From positions 1 to 64,000 of the forward strand of contig CAWCVB010000014.1 in the NCBI GenBank assembly GCA_963798915.1: 64,000 bases of DNA, written 5' to 3'. Positions 12,628-23,736 of the stretch are shown in pieces. Under the pieces are notes generated by a model. The model did not search any database and was not told where the DNA came from. It saw only the letters and a list, made by a program, of their open reading frames with translations. The position numbers and the translations under genes are program-made. Origin of the DNA: an uncultured Gemmatimonadales bacterium. GTDB taxonomy: Bacteria; Gemmatimonadota; Gemmatimonadetes; Gemmatimonadales; GWC2-71-9. Every line of letters begins with the position of its first letter. The first letter of the stretch is position 1.

Positions 12628-14460
12628 TCATTTCACGATGATGTCTTGCGACCATGTCGGCGGGAGGCCCGCGATGCCGGCCGTGAGCCGGTAGGTGCCG
12701 GTGGCCGCCGGCGCAAATGCGAAGTCGCTCGTTTCACCCACGCTGACGACAGCCCTGGCGGGCACGTTGACCGCGAGGGCCGGTGGCAGGTCGGCACCGT
12801 CCTTTGCGAGCGCCTGCCAGGTCACCGGTGTGCCCTCGCGCTGGAGCGTATAGGCGACCGGGCCGGCCAGTCCCATGTTGATGAACCGGAAGCGATGACT
12901 CGTGCCCCGGACCAGATGGAGCGGCAGCGAGCTGACCGAGTCGCCGTTGATCAGCAGGTAGGGCGGAATATGTGGAGTGCCGTGCGGGCTATCCCAGCCT
13001 GCGATGAATGCATGATCCGTCGCCGGGTCATAGCGCATGCCCGGTTCCAGAACGATCATCGGTCCATAGAGTCCCGAACTGAGCTGGTCGATGTCGTTGA
13101 GGTGCGTATGATAGATGAATGTGCCGGCCCGGGGCCCCAGCAGCCGGACGGCCAGGGACTGCCCTGGCGGGATCACGGGCGCCACCCGTGAGCTGGTCCC
13201 ACTCCACCCGCTCACACCGTCCGAATAACTATCGTCCAGTTCCAGCCCATGCCAGTGGACCGAGGTCGCTTCTGACAATCGGTTGATCACGGTGACCGTC
13301 ATCGGCACACCGCGTGTCAGGATCAGCATGCCGCTCGTCCTGGGGAGCGTGTCGAGCTTCTGCATCCGGCTACCGGACCCCACGGTAAACTCTCGTGTGT
13401 GCAGGGCGTGTCCGCGCTGGGGCCCTTCGTCCACGAACACGATCGCGCTGTCGGTGGCGACGGGGAGGTTCGCGAGGGCTCGTGGCCGCGCCGAGATGCC
13501 CAGCACCAGGCCGACCATGTGGTCACTCATGCCGCCCGCATGCGCCGGCCATTCGAGCGCATTCTCCGGCGCAATGTGAAAGGCGAGATGGCAATGGAAG
13601 AGCCAATTCCCGGGGTTGGGTGCGGCCCATGTCATGCTCATGGTGCTGAACGGCCGCATCTGCCGGGTCACAATCAACGGCTGCCGGTCGCTGGCAATGG
13701 CCGTATCGGCCGCCAGCCCGCCGCTGGCACCAACCCTGAAGTAGAAGCCATGCATGTGCATCGGGTGGGCGCGGTCACTGGCATTGACGATACGCCATTG
13801 CACCGTATCTCCCACAACGGTCTCAATCCGCTCAGTCCACGGCCAGGTACGACCGTTGATCGCGAGCACATTGCGGCCGCCGAGGGCCGTCGTATCCGCC
13901 TGGCTCCAGATATTCATGACGAACACCCGGTCCGCCTGGTGGTTGGCCGCCGTGTCCACGATGAATGCACCCGCCAGCTGCTGTTGCTCCGTGCTGTCGG
14001 GATTCTCGACGCCGGGCGTCGCGCCGTAGATGTAGGTGCCAGGCGCTCCCGCACTGAACGTGAAGGTCCGCGTGGACCCAGGCGGCACCAGCGCTGGCGT
14101 CAGGCTGCCGAGCGGATGCCCGGCAAGTCCGACCACCTGAAGCGTGGAGTCGGGGAGCGTGTTTCGGACGCTCACCTGGAGTACGGTACCCGGTGGGACC
14201 CGGATGAGCGGCGCGGGCACCGCCGGCGCCCGGCCCTCCTCGGCGAAGACTGGTACGTCCACGAACGACCCGCCAGCCCGCTCGGGATACCAGCGCGCCA
14301 TCGTGACGACCAGCCGGAGCGAGAGCGTGTCGCCGTGAAGCTGGCCCGCCGGCGCGCGGTTGTCATTTGGCTGCACCACCGGCAGGGCGTCGTGAGGGGA
14401 AGGAGCAGCGAGCGGAAGCACACCGATGGCCAGGAGGAAACGAAGGCGCAGGCGTGACAT
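12628..14460 (-). CDS. Secreted multicopper oxidase, four cupredoxin domains
   Basis: HPMHMHG, WLFHCHLAFH, VHWHGL, IYHTH motifs in non-canonical order; signal peptide. Confidence 0.88.
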   Translation of the reverse strand: MSRLRLRFLLAIGVLPLAAPSPHDALPVVQPNDNRAPAGQLHGDTLSLRLVVTMARWYPERAGGSFVDVPVFAEEGRAPAVPAPLIRVPPGTVLQVSVRNTLPDSTLQVVGLAGHPLGSLTPALVPPGSTRTFTFSAGAPGTYIYGATPGVENPDSTEQQQLAGAFIVDTAANHQADRVFVMNIWSQADTTALGGRNVLAINGRTWPWTERIETVVGDTVQWRIVNASDRAHPMHMHGFYFRVGASGGLAADTAIASDRQPLIVTRQMRPFSTMSMTWAAPNPGNWLFHCHLAFHIAPENALEWPAHAGGMSDHMVGLVLGISARPRALANLPVATDSAIVFVDEGPQRGHALHTREFTVGSGSRMQKLDTLPRTSGMLILTRGVPMTVTVINRLSEATSVHWHGLELDDSYSDGVSGWSGTSSRVAPVIPPGQSLAVRLLGPRAGTFIYHTHLNDIDQLSSGLYGPMIVLEPGMRYDPATDHAFIAGWDSPHGTPHIPPYLLINGDSVSSLPLHLVRGTSHRFRFINMGLAGPVAYTLQREGTPVTWQALAKDGADLPPALAVNVPARAVVSVGETSDFAFAPAATGTYRLTAGIAGLPPTWSQDIIVK

Positions 14461-14522
14461 GGGAGCCCTCGGGCAAGGCCCGATGTGGGTGGCAACGCGC
14501 CCGCTTGGGCGCAGGGTAACAC

Positions 14523-15542
14523 TCAGTTCAAGGCAATGGTTTCGGCAGCGGCATCCAGCTCGGCGAGACATGCACGCTTGGTGTCCACGTCCATCTGGGC
14601 GACTTCAAATCCGTTCCGGGCCAGGTCGGCAAGCCCGGCCAGTGACACGCCCATCGCGGAGGCCGCCAGGTATTCATCCGTGAGCGAGTTGCCAAAGCAA
14701 AACGGATCATCGGTGCTGAGGGTACAGCGTACCCCGGCAGCGAGCAGTCGAGGCAGGGGATGCTCGGTGAGCGAGGGCACCACGCCAAGTTTCAGGTTGC
14801 TGATCGGACAGGTATCGCAGGTGACATCGCGCTGCAGGAGGAGATCCACCACTGCCGGATCCTCGATAGCGCGGATGCCATGCTGCACCCGACGAACTCC
14901 CAGGTGCTCGATCACCTCTCGAACGCGCTCGGCGCCGGTCAACTCTCCGGCATGCGCCTTGGTGACCTTGCCGGCGTCGGCCACACGTCGCCAGACTGGC
15001 GCAGTCCACGGCTCGAGCGGCCAGCTTTCGACGCCATGCAGGTCCACGCCGGCGAGGTGCTCCCAGCTGTGGAGCGAGTCAATCACCGGCGCCAGTTCCG
15101 GCGTGTAGTCAATCCGGCGCATGGCGGCAAACACGCGCACCGTCATGCCCGTCGGCGCGGCTGAACGAATGGCATCGAGAATGTCGCGACCATCAGTGTC
15201 GATCAGCTGCGTGATGGGCAGATGGAAGCTGGTCTCGACGTAGCGCACATTCTGCTCGGCGAGCGCCTGGAAAACCACCTGCGCGGCCTCATGGTATCGC
15301 TGGGCCGACCTGAACCAGATGGCAGCATTTTCCAGGAGTCCGGCCTCAAAGGTAGCAAAGTCGGGGTAGCGATGCTCCGTCGCCCACCAGGCCGGTGGCC
15401 CGTCCGGAAACCGGTCTGGCGCCACCGAACGCAGAAGCTCCAGCGGGAGCGCGCCTTCCATGTGGAGGTGCGTCTCGGTCTTGGGGAGACGGAGAACGAA
15501 CTCGCGGAGATCCGCGGCGCTTTGTGGTAGCATATTGGACAT
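14523..15542 (-). CDS. Adenosine/adenine deaminase family protein
   Basis: [31 protein letters not shown]; exact start uncertain. Confidence 0.9.
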   Translation of the reverse strand: MSNMLPQSAADLREFVLRLPKTETHLHMEGALPLELLRSVAPDRFPDGPPAWWATEHRYPDFATFEAGLLENAAIWFRSAQRYHEAAQVVFQALAEQNVRYVETSFHLPITQLIDTDGRDILDAIRSAAPTGMTVRVFAAMRRIDYTPELAPVIDSLHSWEHLAGVDLHGVESWPLEPWTAPVWRRVADAGKVTKAHAGELTGAERVREVIEHLGVRRVQHGIRAIEDPAVVDLLLQRDVTCDTCPISNLKLGVVPSLTEHPLPRLLAAGVRCTLSTDDPFCFGNSLTDEYLAASAMGVSLAGLADLARNGFEVAQMDVDTKRACLAELDAAAETIALN

Positions 15543-15597
15543 GATCACCGCCCTAAGTTACGGAACGGCCTCAGGGCCCGCCAGCGGAGGACTCAGC

Positions 15598-16863
15598 ATG
15601 CGGAAATTCCGCCCATTCATCTGCCTGCTCGCGATCACGCTCATGACCGCCCCGCTCGGGGCGCAGTCTGCCACCCTGCTGAAGCCCGCTGCGGTGTATG
15701 ACGGAATGAGTGATGGCCTGCACCCCGGCTGGGCGGTCCTGGTCGCCGGGGACTCGATCGCACAGGTGGGGCCGGCAAGCGAGCTGGCCGCGGGCGCTGC
15801 TCAGGTGGTGGAGCTTCCTGGCCTCACGCTGATGCCGGGAATGATTGAGGGGCATTCGCACCTCCTGTTGCACCCGTACAACGAGGCACCGTGGGACGTG
15901 CAGGTCCTCTACGAACCGCTGGCGCTGCGTATCGCCCGCGCCACCGTGGCGGCGAAGCGGACGCTGGATGCAGGCATCACCACGACCCGTGACCTGGGCA
16001 CCGAGGGCGCGGGCTACGCCGATGTCGGTCTCCGCGATGCCGTGCGCCAAGGCATCATTCCCGGCCCGCGCATCCTGGCCACCACGCGAGCCATCGTGGT
16101 AACCGGCAGTTATGGGCCGCGCGGAGCGCCGGAGCGCGACATGGCCTTCGGGGCACAGGAAGCGGACGGCGTAGACGGCCTCACCCGCGTCGTGCGCGAG
16201 CAGATCGGCAAGGGGGCGGACTGGGTGAAGCTGTACGGAGACTATGGCTGGGGTCCCGGTGGCACGGTGCAGCCCACGTTCACGGAGGCAGAACTGAAGC
16301 TTGCCGTGGAGGTGGCCGCAAGCTCCGGCCGCTTCGTTGTGGTCCACTCCAGCAGTGCAGAGGGCATGACGCGAGCGGCCCGGGCGGGGGCGCGGACCAT
16401 CGAGCATGGCGACCACGGCACGGCGGAAGCCTTCAAGCTGATGGCCGAACGGCACGTGGGTTACTGCCCCACGCTGGCCGCCACCGAAGCGGTGGCATCC
16501 TACCGGGGATGGAAGAAGGGCACCGGGCCCGCGCCCGGCTCGGTCCAGGAGAAGCACCGGAGCTTCAAGGCGGCGCTGGCCGCCGGCGTGGCCATCTGTT
16601 TCGGCGGGGATGTGGGCGTTTTCTCCCATGGGGACAACGTGCGCGAAGCCGAGCTGATGGTGGAGTACGGCATGACTCCTGCCGCCGCGCTGCACGCGAC
16701 GACCGCTGGAAACGCCGACATATTCGGGCTGGCCGACCGCGGCCGCATCAAGGCGGGCCTGCTGGCCGACCTCGTCGCCGTCGAGGGCGACCCGACCCGG
16801 GACATCAGCGCCCTCAGGCAGGTCAGGTTTGTGATGCAGGGCGGGCGGGTGGAGCGACGATAG
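15598..16863 (+). CDS. Secreted amidohydrolase (Xaa-Pro dipeptidase-like)
   Basis: [39 protein letters not shown]; signal peptide. Confidence 0.88.
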   Translation: MRKFRPFICLLAITLMTAPLGAQSATLLKPAAVYDGMSDGLHPGWAVLVAGDSIAQVGPASELAAGAAQVVELPGLTLMPGMIEGHSHLLLHPYNEAPWDVQVLYEPLALRIARATVAAKRTLDAGITTTRDLGTEGAGYADVGLRDAVRQGIIPGPRILATTRAIVVTGSYGPRGAPERDMAFGAQEADGVDGLTRVVREQIGKGADWVKLYGDYGWGPGGTVQPTFTEAELKLAVEVAASSGRFVVVHSSSAEGMTRAARAGARTIEHGDHGTAEAFKLMAERHVGYCPTLAATEAVASYRGWKKGTGPAPGSVQEKHRSFKAALAAGVAICFGGDVGVFSHGDNVREAELMVEYGMTPAAALHATTAGNADIFGLADRGRIKAGLLADLVAVEGDPTRDISALRQVRFVMQGGRVERR

Positions 16864-17033
16864 GGCAGGGCGGGCGTGACGGGCAGGGCGGGCGTGACGG
16901 GCGGGAACTCAGGCACGCTCTGTCATTGCTTCGACGCGCCTGCGGCGCGTCTCGCAATGACAGTACGGGTTTAGCTTCGCTCGCCAACTCGCCAACTCGC
17001 CAACTCGCCAACTCGCCAACTCGCCAATTCGCC
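16863..17033. repeat. Composite repeat: 18-mer x2, palindromic hairpin, (CTCGCCAA)x6
   Basis: GGGCAGGGCGGGCGTGAC x2; TGTCATTGC...GCAATGACA at 16921-16962; six perfect octamers at 16980-17027. Confidence 0.85.
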
Positions 17034-17072
17034 GTCTGGCCCTCCAGCCGCCGAGGCCCCTATCTTCGATCA

Positions 17073-17813
17073 ATGTTCCCGTACCACGACGAGAACCCGA
17101 CCTTGGCGACGCCGGTGGCGACGATCGGCATCATCGCCGCCAACATCGTGGTCTGGATCCTGGTGCAGGGGATGGGCTCGGAGCCGGCGCTGGCCCGCTC
17201 GGTCTGTGAACTCGGGCTGGTCCCGGGCGACTTCCTCGGCCGGCTGCCCGCTGGCTACGCCGTACCGATGGGCCGAGGCGTGGCCTGCATCCTGTCGGGC
17301 GACCGGGCCTGGTACACACCCGTCACGTCGATGTTTCTCCATGGCGGCTGGCTGCACCTCATCGGCAACATGTGGTTCCTCTGGCTGTTCGGCAACAATG
17401 TCGAAGATTCGATGGGCCGATTCCGCTACGTAGCCTTCTACCTGCTCTGCGGGTTGGCGGCCGCGTTCATGCAGCTCTTCCTGAACCCATCCAGCGGGCT
17501 GCCGATGGTGGGCGCCTCGGGGGCCATCAGCGGCGTCATGGGCGCTTATGTGCTGCTGTATCCTCGGGTGCGGGTGCATGTGCTTCTGGTGCTGGTGATC
17601 TTCATTACTCGCATCCAGCTGCCCGCCTGGGTCATGCTCGGCTACTGGTTCCTGCTGCAACTGCTCGGGGGCACCGCGTCGCTGGCAGGGCAGCAGGGCG
17701 GCGTGGCATTCTGGGCCCACGTGGGCGGGTTCGCGGCTGGCGCCGCGCTGGTCACGCTCTTCAAGGACCGGGCGCTCGTGGCCCAGCACCGCGCTTTGGC
17801 GCGCACCATGTGA
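17073..17813 (+). CDS. Rhomboid intramembrane serine protease
   Basis: SMFLHGGWLHLIGNM, GASGAISG, AFWAHVGGF. Confidence 0.93.
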   Translation: MFPYHDENPTLATPVATIGIIAANIVVWILVQGMGSEPALARSVCELGLVPGDFLGRLPAGYAVPMGRGVACILSGDRAWYTPVTSMFLHGGWLHLIGNMWFLWLFGNNVEDSMGRFRYVAFYLLCGLAAAFMQLFLNPSSGLPMVGASGAISGVMGAYVLLYPRVRVHVLLVLVIFITRIQLPAWVMLGYWFLLQLLGGTASLAGQQGGVAFWAHVGGFAAGAALVTLFKDRALVAQHRALARTM

Positions 17814-17827
17814 TATTACGGACATTC

Positions 17828-18829
17828 ATGACACACCTGCCGGCCGGCGCCCCCGCGCGTCCCGATCCCCATCTCCCGGTGCACCCGCGGAATCCGGGCA
17901 TGCCCCTGGAGCTCGAGTGGGTGCAGGATGTGCGCATCAACCGCAGCGCGGTGGAGCGGCGCGCCGCATCATTGGGCACCCGGCGGACGGTCAAGAAACA
18001 GTGGCAGGCCGCCTGGCTGCTCCGCGCAGTCACCCTGATGGACCTGACCACGCTTTCGGGTGACGACACCCCGGGCCGGGTCCGTCGGCTCTGTGCCAAG
18101 GGACGTGCACCGGTCCGGGTCGACCTGCTGGACATGCTGGGCGCCACGCAGCTGCCCATCCGGGTGGCCGCCATCTGTGTCTATCACGCCATGGTCGAGA
18201 CCGCCGTCGAGGCACTGGCCGGGTCCGGGATTCCTGTCGCGGCGGTATCCACCGGGTTTCCGGCTGGCCTTTCGCCCTTCAGCCAGCGCCTGGAGGAGAT
18301 TGGCGCCTCGGTCGAGGCAGGGGCGGAAGAAATCGATGTCGTCATTACCCGCGCGCATGTGCTGACCGGCAACTGGTCCGCGCTCTATGATGAGGTGCGC
18401 GCCTTTCGCGCAGCCTGCGGCGATGCCCATATCAAGACGATTCTCGCCACCGGCGAACTCGGTACCCTCCGGAATGTCGCGCGCGCGAGCCTGGTGTGCA
18501 TGATGGCAGGCGCCGATTTCATCAAGACCAGCACGGGCAAGGAGGGCACCAATGCGACGCTGCCGGTCGGCCTGGTCATGGTGCGGCAGATCCGCGAATA
18601 TCTGGATCGGACGGGCTACCGGGTCGGATTCAAGCCGGCCGGTGGTATCCGCAGTGCCAAGGATTCACTCGTCTGGCTTGGCATGATGAAGGAGGAACTG
18701 GGCGACGCCTGGCTCCGGCCCGAGCTCTTCCGCTTTGGCGCCAGCAGCCTGCTGACCGATATCGAGCGGCAGCTGGAATATTTCGCCACCGGCCGCTACT
18801 CGGCCGATTACCGCCACCCACTGGGCTGA
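17828..18829 (+). CDS. deoC: Deoxyribose-phosphate aldolase
   Basis: DLTTLSGDDT, GADFIKTSTGK, GFKPAGGI, RFGASSLL. Confidence 0.95.
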   Translation: MTHLPAGAPARPDPHLPVHPRNPGMPLELEWVQDVRINRSAVERRAASLGTRRTVKKQWQAAWLLRAVTLMDLTTLSGDDTPGRVRRLCAKGRAPVRVDLLDMLGATQLPIRVAAICVYHAMVETAVEALAGSGIPVAAVSTGFPAGLSPFSQRLEEIGASVEAGAEEIDVVITRAHVLTGNWSALYDEVRAFRAACGDAHIKTILATGELGTLRNVARASLVCMMAGADFIKTSTGKEGTNATLPVGLVMVRQIREYLDRTGYRVGFKPAGGIRSAKDSLVWLGMMKEELGDAWLRPELFRFGASSLLTDIERQLEYFATGRYSADYRHPLG

Positions 18830-18831
18830 GC

Positions 18832-21252
18832 ATGTCATCCATCGGCGAAATTTTCGAAACCATGGAATACGGGCCGGCTCCGGAAGCGGCAGCGCCCGCG
18901 CTGGAATGGATCGCGGCGCATGGGAAGGGCCTCGGCCATTTCATCAACGGCAAGTGGACTGCCGCCGGCGAATCGTTCGCGTCGGTCAACCCGGCCACGG
19001 GCAAGCCGCTTGCCCGCGTGGCCCAGGGGAGCACCAGGGACGTGAATGCGGCCGTGCGGGCCGCGCGTGCCGCACAACCGGCCTGGGAAGGGCTGGGTGG
19101 CCATGGACGCGCCCGGCACCTCTATGCGCTGGCGCGCCAGATCCAGAAGCAGGCTCGACTCTTTGCCGTGATGGAATCGCTCGACAACGGCAAGCCGATC
19201 CGCGAATCGCGCGATATCGACATTCCCCTGGTGGCCCGACACTTCTACCACCATGCCGGCTGGGCGCAGCTCATGGAACGCGAGCTGCCTGATTCGGCTC
19301 CGGTGGGAGTGGTGGGCCAGATCATACCGTGGAATTTCCCGCTGCTGATGCTTGCGTGGAAGATTGCGCCAGCGCTCGCCATGGGGAACACGGTGGTGCT
19401 CAAGCCGGCGGAGTTCACGTCGCTCACCGCCCTGCTGTTCGCTGAAATTGCCTCGCAGGCCGGGCTGCCCCCCGGGGTGCTCAACATCGTCACGGGCGAT
19501 GGCCGGACCGGCGAGGCGCTCGTGGCGCATAAGGACGTGGACAAGATCGCCTTCACCGGTTCAACCGAAGTCGGGCGGCTGATCCGGGTTGCCACGGCGG
19601 GTAGCGGCAAGCGGCTCTCGCTCGAACTTGGCGGCAAGAGTCCCTTCATTGTCTTCGACGACGCCGACCTGGACAGTGTGGTGGAGGGCGTCGTGGACGC
19701 CATCTGGTTCAACCAGGGGCAGGTCTGCTGCGCCGGCTCGCGCATTCTGGTCCAGGAAGGCGTTGCCGCGCGGCTGGTGCAGAAGCTGCGCGCGCGCATG
19801 GAGATGCTTCGGGTGGGCGACCCGCTCGACAAGGCAGTGGACATCGGCGCCATCATTGCGCCGGTGCAACTGGAGAAGATCACCCAGCTGGTGCAGCAGG
19901 GGCGCGACGAGGGGGCCACCGTGTGGCAACCATCGTGGAGCTGCCCGACCGAAGGCTATTTCTTTCCGCCCACGCTGTTCACCGATGTGTCGCCTTCGGC
20001 CACCGTGGCGCAGGTCGAGATCTTCGGCCCTGTGGTGGTGCTGATGACGTTCCGCACCCCAGATGAAGCCGTTGAACTGGCTAACAACACCCGGTACGGA
20101 CTTGCGGCGAGCGTCTGGACTGAAAGCGTCAACCTTGCTCTCGACATCGCGCCCCGGCTCGCTGCCGGTACCGTGTGGGTCAACTGCACCAACGTGTTTG
20201 ACGCGGCGGCGGGATTTGGCGGCTACCGCGAGAGCGGATTCGGGCGCGAAGGCGGACGCGAGGGGCTCATGGAGTACGTGCAGCCGCGGTGGGAGGTGGC
20301 AGGCGGGAAGTCGGGAAGACGGGACGTCAGACGGGAAGACGGGAAGGCGGGAAGACGAGAGAGCGTCAAAGGCGCGCGCATCCCGACCTCCCGTCTTCCC
20401 GCCTTCCCGCCCATTGACCGCACCGCCAAGCTCTATATCGGTGGCAAGCAGGTCCGGGCCGATGGCGGGTACAGCGATCTGGTGCGCGGTGCCGGGGGGC
20501 AGCCCGCGGGTGAAGTGGCACGCGGGAATCGCAAGGACATCCGCAATGCCGTTGAAGCGGCGCGAAAGGCCCGGGGCTGGACCACGGCCACGGCCCACAA
20601 CCGGGCACAGGTGCTGTACTATGTCGCCGAGAACCTGTGGGAGCGCACTGACGAGTTTGCGGGCCGGCTGGCCCTGGCGTCCGGGGACACGATAGCGGCG
20701 CGCGCTGAAGTCGAGCTGAGCCTCCAACGTCTCTACACCTACGCCGCATGGGCCGACAAGTGGGACGGCCATGTTCACCAGACTCCCTACCGCAACGTCA
20801 CTCTGGCCATGCCCGAGGCCCTGGGGGTGGTCGGCATCAGCTGCGCGGACGACATGCCGCTGCTTGGCTTCATCTCGACTGTCTCACCCGCCATCGCCAT
20901 GGGCAACCGGGTCATCGTCCTTCCCTCCGAGGTATGGCCGCTCGCGGCCACCGACCTGTACCAGGTGCTCGAAACCTCGGACGTACCGGCTGGTGTCGTG
21001 AACATCATCACCGGTCCGCACGCGGAATTGCGCCCGGTGCTGGCGGCGCACGACGACGTTGACGGGATGTGGCACTTCGGCTCGCGTGAGGGTGCCGAGG
21101 AAGTGGAGCGGCTCTCGGCTGGCAACATGAAGCGCACGTGGGTGGGGTACGGCCGGACTCGCGACTGGCGCGACCCGGTCCAGGGTGAGGGCGTCGAGTT
21201 CCTCGAACACGCCACCCAGATCAAGAATATCTGGGTGCCCTACGGCGAATAA
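18832..21252 (+). CDS. Two-domain aldehyde dehydrogenase (ALDH16-like), deoC-linked
   Basis: IIPWNFP, FTGSTEVG, LELGGKSP, NQGQVCCAG, EIFGPV plus a truncated second ALDH domain. Confidence 0.93.
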   Translation: MSSIGEIFETMEYGPAPEAAAPALEWIAAHGKGLGHFINGKWTAAGESFASVNPATGKPLARVAQGSTRDVNAAVRAARAAQPAWEGLGGHGRARHLYALARQIQKQARLFAVMESLDNGKPIRESRDIDIPLVARHFYHHAGWAQLMERELPDSAPVGVVGQIIPWNFPLLMLAWKIAPALAMGNTVVLKPAEFTSLTALLFAEIASQAGLPPGVLNIVTGDGRTGEALVAHKDVDKIAFTGSTEVGRLIRVATAGSGKRLSLELGGKSPFIVFDDADLDSVVEGVVDAIWFNQGQVCCAGSRILVQEGVAARLVQKLRARMEMLRVGDPLDKAVDIGAIIAPVQLEKITQLVQQGRDEGATVWQPSWSCPTEGYFFPPTLFTDVSPSATVAQVEIFGPVVVLMTFRTPDEAVELANNTRYGLAASVWTESVNLALDIAPRLAAGTVWVNCTNVFDAAAGFGGYRESGFGREGGREGLMEYVQPRWEVAGGKSGRRDVRREDGKAGRRESVKGARIPTSRLPAFPPIDRTAKLYIGGKQVRADGGYSDLVRGAGGQPAGEVARGNRKDIRNAVEAARKARGWTTATAHNRAQVLYYVAENLWERTDEFAGRLALASGDTIAARAEVELSLQRLYTYAAWADKWDGHVHQTPYRNVTLAMPEALGVVGISCADDMPLLGFISTVSPAIAMGNRVIVLPSEVWPLAATDLYQVLETSDVPAGVVNIITGPHAELRPVLAAHDDVDGMWHFGSREGAEEVERLSAGNMKRTWVGYGRTRDWRDPVQGEGVEFLEHATQIKNIWVPYGE

Positions 21253-21402
21253 ATGGTCGAATACATCACGCTGAATGCGTCGGCGGCCAGGCAGGTGATG
21301 GGCCACTGGGTGGCTCAGGTCAATCCGACCATCGCCGCGATGGTCGGCGCCGGGTTGCTACTGGCCTGGCTGGTGTGGCGAGCTTTTGTGGTGCGGCGAT
21401 GA
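21253..21402 (+). CDS. 49-aa single-pass membrane protein (absent from ORF track)
   Basis: ATG directly after the ALDH TAA: MVEYITLNASAARQVMGHWVAQVNPTIAAMVGAGLLLAWLVWRAFVVRR. Confidence 0.55.
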   Translation: MVEYITLNASAARQVMGHWVAQVNPTIAAMVGAGLLLAWLVWRAFVVRR

Positions 21403-21408
21403 CGGCCC

Positions 21409-21444
21409 GCGGGTAGGGGCGGCCCGCGGGCCGCCCCTACCCGC
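21409..21444. repeat. 36-bp perfect GTAG-type REP palindrome between convergent genes
   Basis: GCGGGTAGGGGCGGCCCG|CGGGCCGCCCCTACCCGC. Confidence 0.88.
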
Positions 21445-21446
21445 CC

Positions 21447-22124
21447 CTACTCGCGCCCCTCCGCATGATGCTTGATTGACTTGCCCTCCACCAGGAACAC
21501 CACATCTTCGCCAATGTTGGTGGCAAGATCGGCCACCCGCTCGAGATTCCGGCTCACCAGCACCAGCTCCATGCCGACGCCGATGGTGTGCGGGTCTTCC
21601 ATCATGTGGGTGAGCAGGATCCGGAACACCGAGCGGTGCAGCGCGTCCACCTTGTCGTCGCGAATACAGACTTCACGGCCGGTCTTCGCATCGCTCCGGA
21701 TGAAGGCCTCCAGCGCGTCCGAGAGCATCTCGCGCGCGATGCGCGCCATTTCGACCAACTCCGGCTCCGGCGTGATCGGTCGACCCTTGAGCAGCCGTTC
21801 GGTGCTCTGTGCAATGTTCACCGCATGGTCGCCTACGCGCTCGAGGTCATTGGCGATCTTGAGGGCCGAGGTGATCATCCGGAGATCGCGTGCCATGGGC
21901 TGCTGCAGTGCCAGCAGCTGAATGCACTGTTCCTCGATCTCCATCTCCATGTCATCGATCTGGCGGTCCCCGCTGACGACCTCCGCGGCCTTGGCGGCGT
22001 CGCGCTGGAGCAGTGCGTCCAGGGCCAGCGCCAGCGCGGCCTCGGCCTCCCCCGACATGGTCAGCAGGCGGACCTTGAGATGGCTCAGCTCATCGTGGAA
22101 ATGGCGATGTGCGTCCGTGGTCAT
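21447..22124 (-). CDS. phoU: Phosphate signalling protein PhoU
   Basis: [38 protein letters not shown]. Confidence 0.97.
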   Translation of the reverse strand: MTTDAHRHFHDELSHLKVRLLTMSGEAEAALALALDALLQRDAAKAAEVVSGDRQIDDMEMEIEEQCIQLLALQQPMARDLRMITSALKIANDLERVGDHAVNIAQSTERLLKGRPITPEPELVEMARIAREMLSDALEAFIRSDAKTGREVCIRDDKVDALHRSVFRILLTHMMEDPHTIGVGMELVLVSRNLERVADLATNIGEDVVFLVEGKSIKHHAEGRE

Positions 22125-22963
22125 CCGAATCTCCCGGTGATATACGCTTCGGTCCGCTCGTGTGCCGGTGCGGTAAAGAGCTGGTCCGTGGGTCCGTACT
22201 CGATAAGCCGGCCGTCGTCGAGGAAGGCGGTTGCGTCCGACACTCGCGCGGCCTGCTGCATGTTATGGGTGACGATCACGATGGTGTACTCTCTTTTCAG
22301 TTCCACAATCAGCTCCTCCAGCCGCGCTGTCGAGATCGGGTCGAGCGCCGACGCCGGTTCGTCCATGAGGAGCACGTGCGGCTGGTTGGCCAGGGCCCGC
22401 GCCACACAGAGCCGCTGCTGCTGCCCGCCGGAGAGGCTGGTGCCGGGCTCGTCCAGCCGGTCCTTGACCTCGTCCCAGAGCGCCGCCTTCCGGAGACACT
22501 GCTCCACCAGCTCCGGCATGTCCCGCCGGCCCGCGAGAGCGTTGATCGTCGGCCCGTAGGCCACGTTCTCGAAGATGCTCTTCGGGAAGGGGTTGGGCCG
22601 CTGGAACACCATGCCGACCTGCAGGCGGAGCTCCACCAGGTCCACGTCCGGCGCAAACACCGACCGGCCCTCCACCTTGATATCGCCCTCGTAGCGCGCA
22701 CCCGGGATCAGGTCGTTGAGCCGGTTGATCGAGCGCAGGAAGGTACTCTTGCCGCAGCCTGACGGTCCGATGATGGCCGTAACGGCATTGCGCGCGATGC
22801 TGAACTCGAGTCCGTGCAAAGCTGAACGGGGTCCATAATGAAACTGGAAGTCGTGCACCGTCACGGCGGCGGGCCCAGGCGTGGCTACCTCGCCGGCAAC
22901 CCGCGGGGCCAGCGCTCCCTGCAGGTAGCCGGTCGGCCGCATCCCGGGCGTGGCGGCGTTCAT
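22121..22963 (-). CDS. pstB: Phosphate ABC transporter ATPase
   Basis: [41 protein letters not shown]. Confidence 0.96.
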   Translation of the reverse strand: MNAATPGMRPTGYLQGALAPRVAGEVATPGPAAVTVHDFQFHYGPRSALHGLEFSIARNAVTAIIGPSGCGKSTFLRSINRLNDLIPGARYEGDIKVEGRSVFAPDVDLVELRLQVGMVFQRPNPFPKSIFENVAYGPTINALAGRRDMPELVEQCLRKAALWDEVKDRLDEPGTSLSGGQQQRLCVARALANQPHVLLMDEPASALDPISTARLEELIVELKREYTIVIVTHNMQQAARVSDATAFLDDGRLIEYGPTDQLFTAPAHERTEAYITGRFG

Positions 22964-23736
22964 CCGAACCGTCCGGTGATGTAGGCCTCGGTCTGCTGGT
23001 TGGCGGGCGTGGTGAACATCTGACGAGTCGGGCCCGATTCCACCATGGTGCCCAGGTAGAAGAACGACGTGGTGTCACTGACCCGGGCGGCCTGCTGCAG
23101 GTTGTGGGTCACAATCACGATCGTGAACGCGTCCTTGAGGGCAAACAGCAGCTCCTCGATTCGCTGGGTTCCCTTGGGGTCGAGCGACGCGGTTGGCTCA
23201 TCGAGCAGAATCACTTCCGGTTGCGGCGCAATGCTGCGGGCCAGACAGAGGCGCTGCTGCTGCCCACCGCTGAGCGCCGTGGCACTGGCCTTGAGCCGGT
23301 CCTTGACCTCGTCCCACAGCGCGGCCTGGCGCAGCGCCCGTTCGACGACCTCATCGAGCCGTCGCCCCCGCAGGCGTCCCACCTTGTTCTCGACCCGGAG
23401 CCCGGCCGCCACGTTGTCGTAGATCGACATGGTGGGAAACGGTGTGGGCTTCTGGAAGACCATGCCGACGCGGCGGCGGAGCTGCATCGCGTTGACACGG
23501 GGCTCGTAGATGTCCTCGCCGTCCAGCAGGACCCGCCCCGTGATCCAGCCGCCCTCGCTCAGCTCATGCATGCGATTGAGGGATCGCAGGAAGGTGGACT
23601 TGCCGCATCCCGACGGACCGATCAGCGCATGCACCTGGTTGGAGGGAAATCGCAGCGACACGCTCTTGACCGCGGTGAACTTGCCATACATGGCCGTGAG
23701 CCGGTCGGTCTCGATCCGCACACGCGCGTCAGCCAT
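22960..23736 (-). CDS. pstB: Phosphate ABC transporter ATPase, second copy
   Basis: [42 protein letters not shown] at 23736. Confidence 0.95.
   Translation of the reverse strand: MADARVRIETDRLTAMYGKFTAVKSVSLRFPSNQVHALIGPSGCGKSTFLRSLNRMHELSEGGWITGRVLLDGEDIYEPRVNAMQLRRRVGMVFQKPTPFPTMSIYDNVAAGLRVENKVGRLRGRRLDEVVERALRQAALWDEVKDRLKASATALSGGQQQRLCLARSIAPQPEVILLDEPTASLDPKGTQRIEELLFALKDAFTIVIVTHNLQQAARVSDTTSFFYLGTMVESGPTRQMFTTPANQQTEAYITGRFG

Noticed and set aside
22121..23736. Duplicated pstB as a novelty
   Set aside because: Tandem pstB paralogues are common in pst operons.
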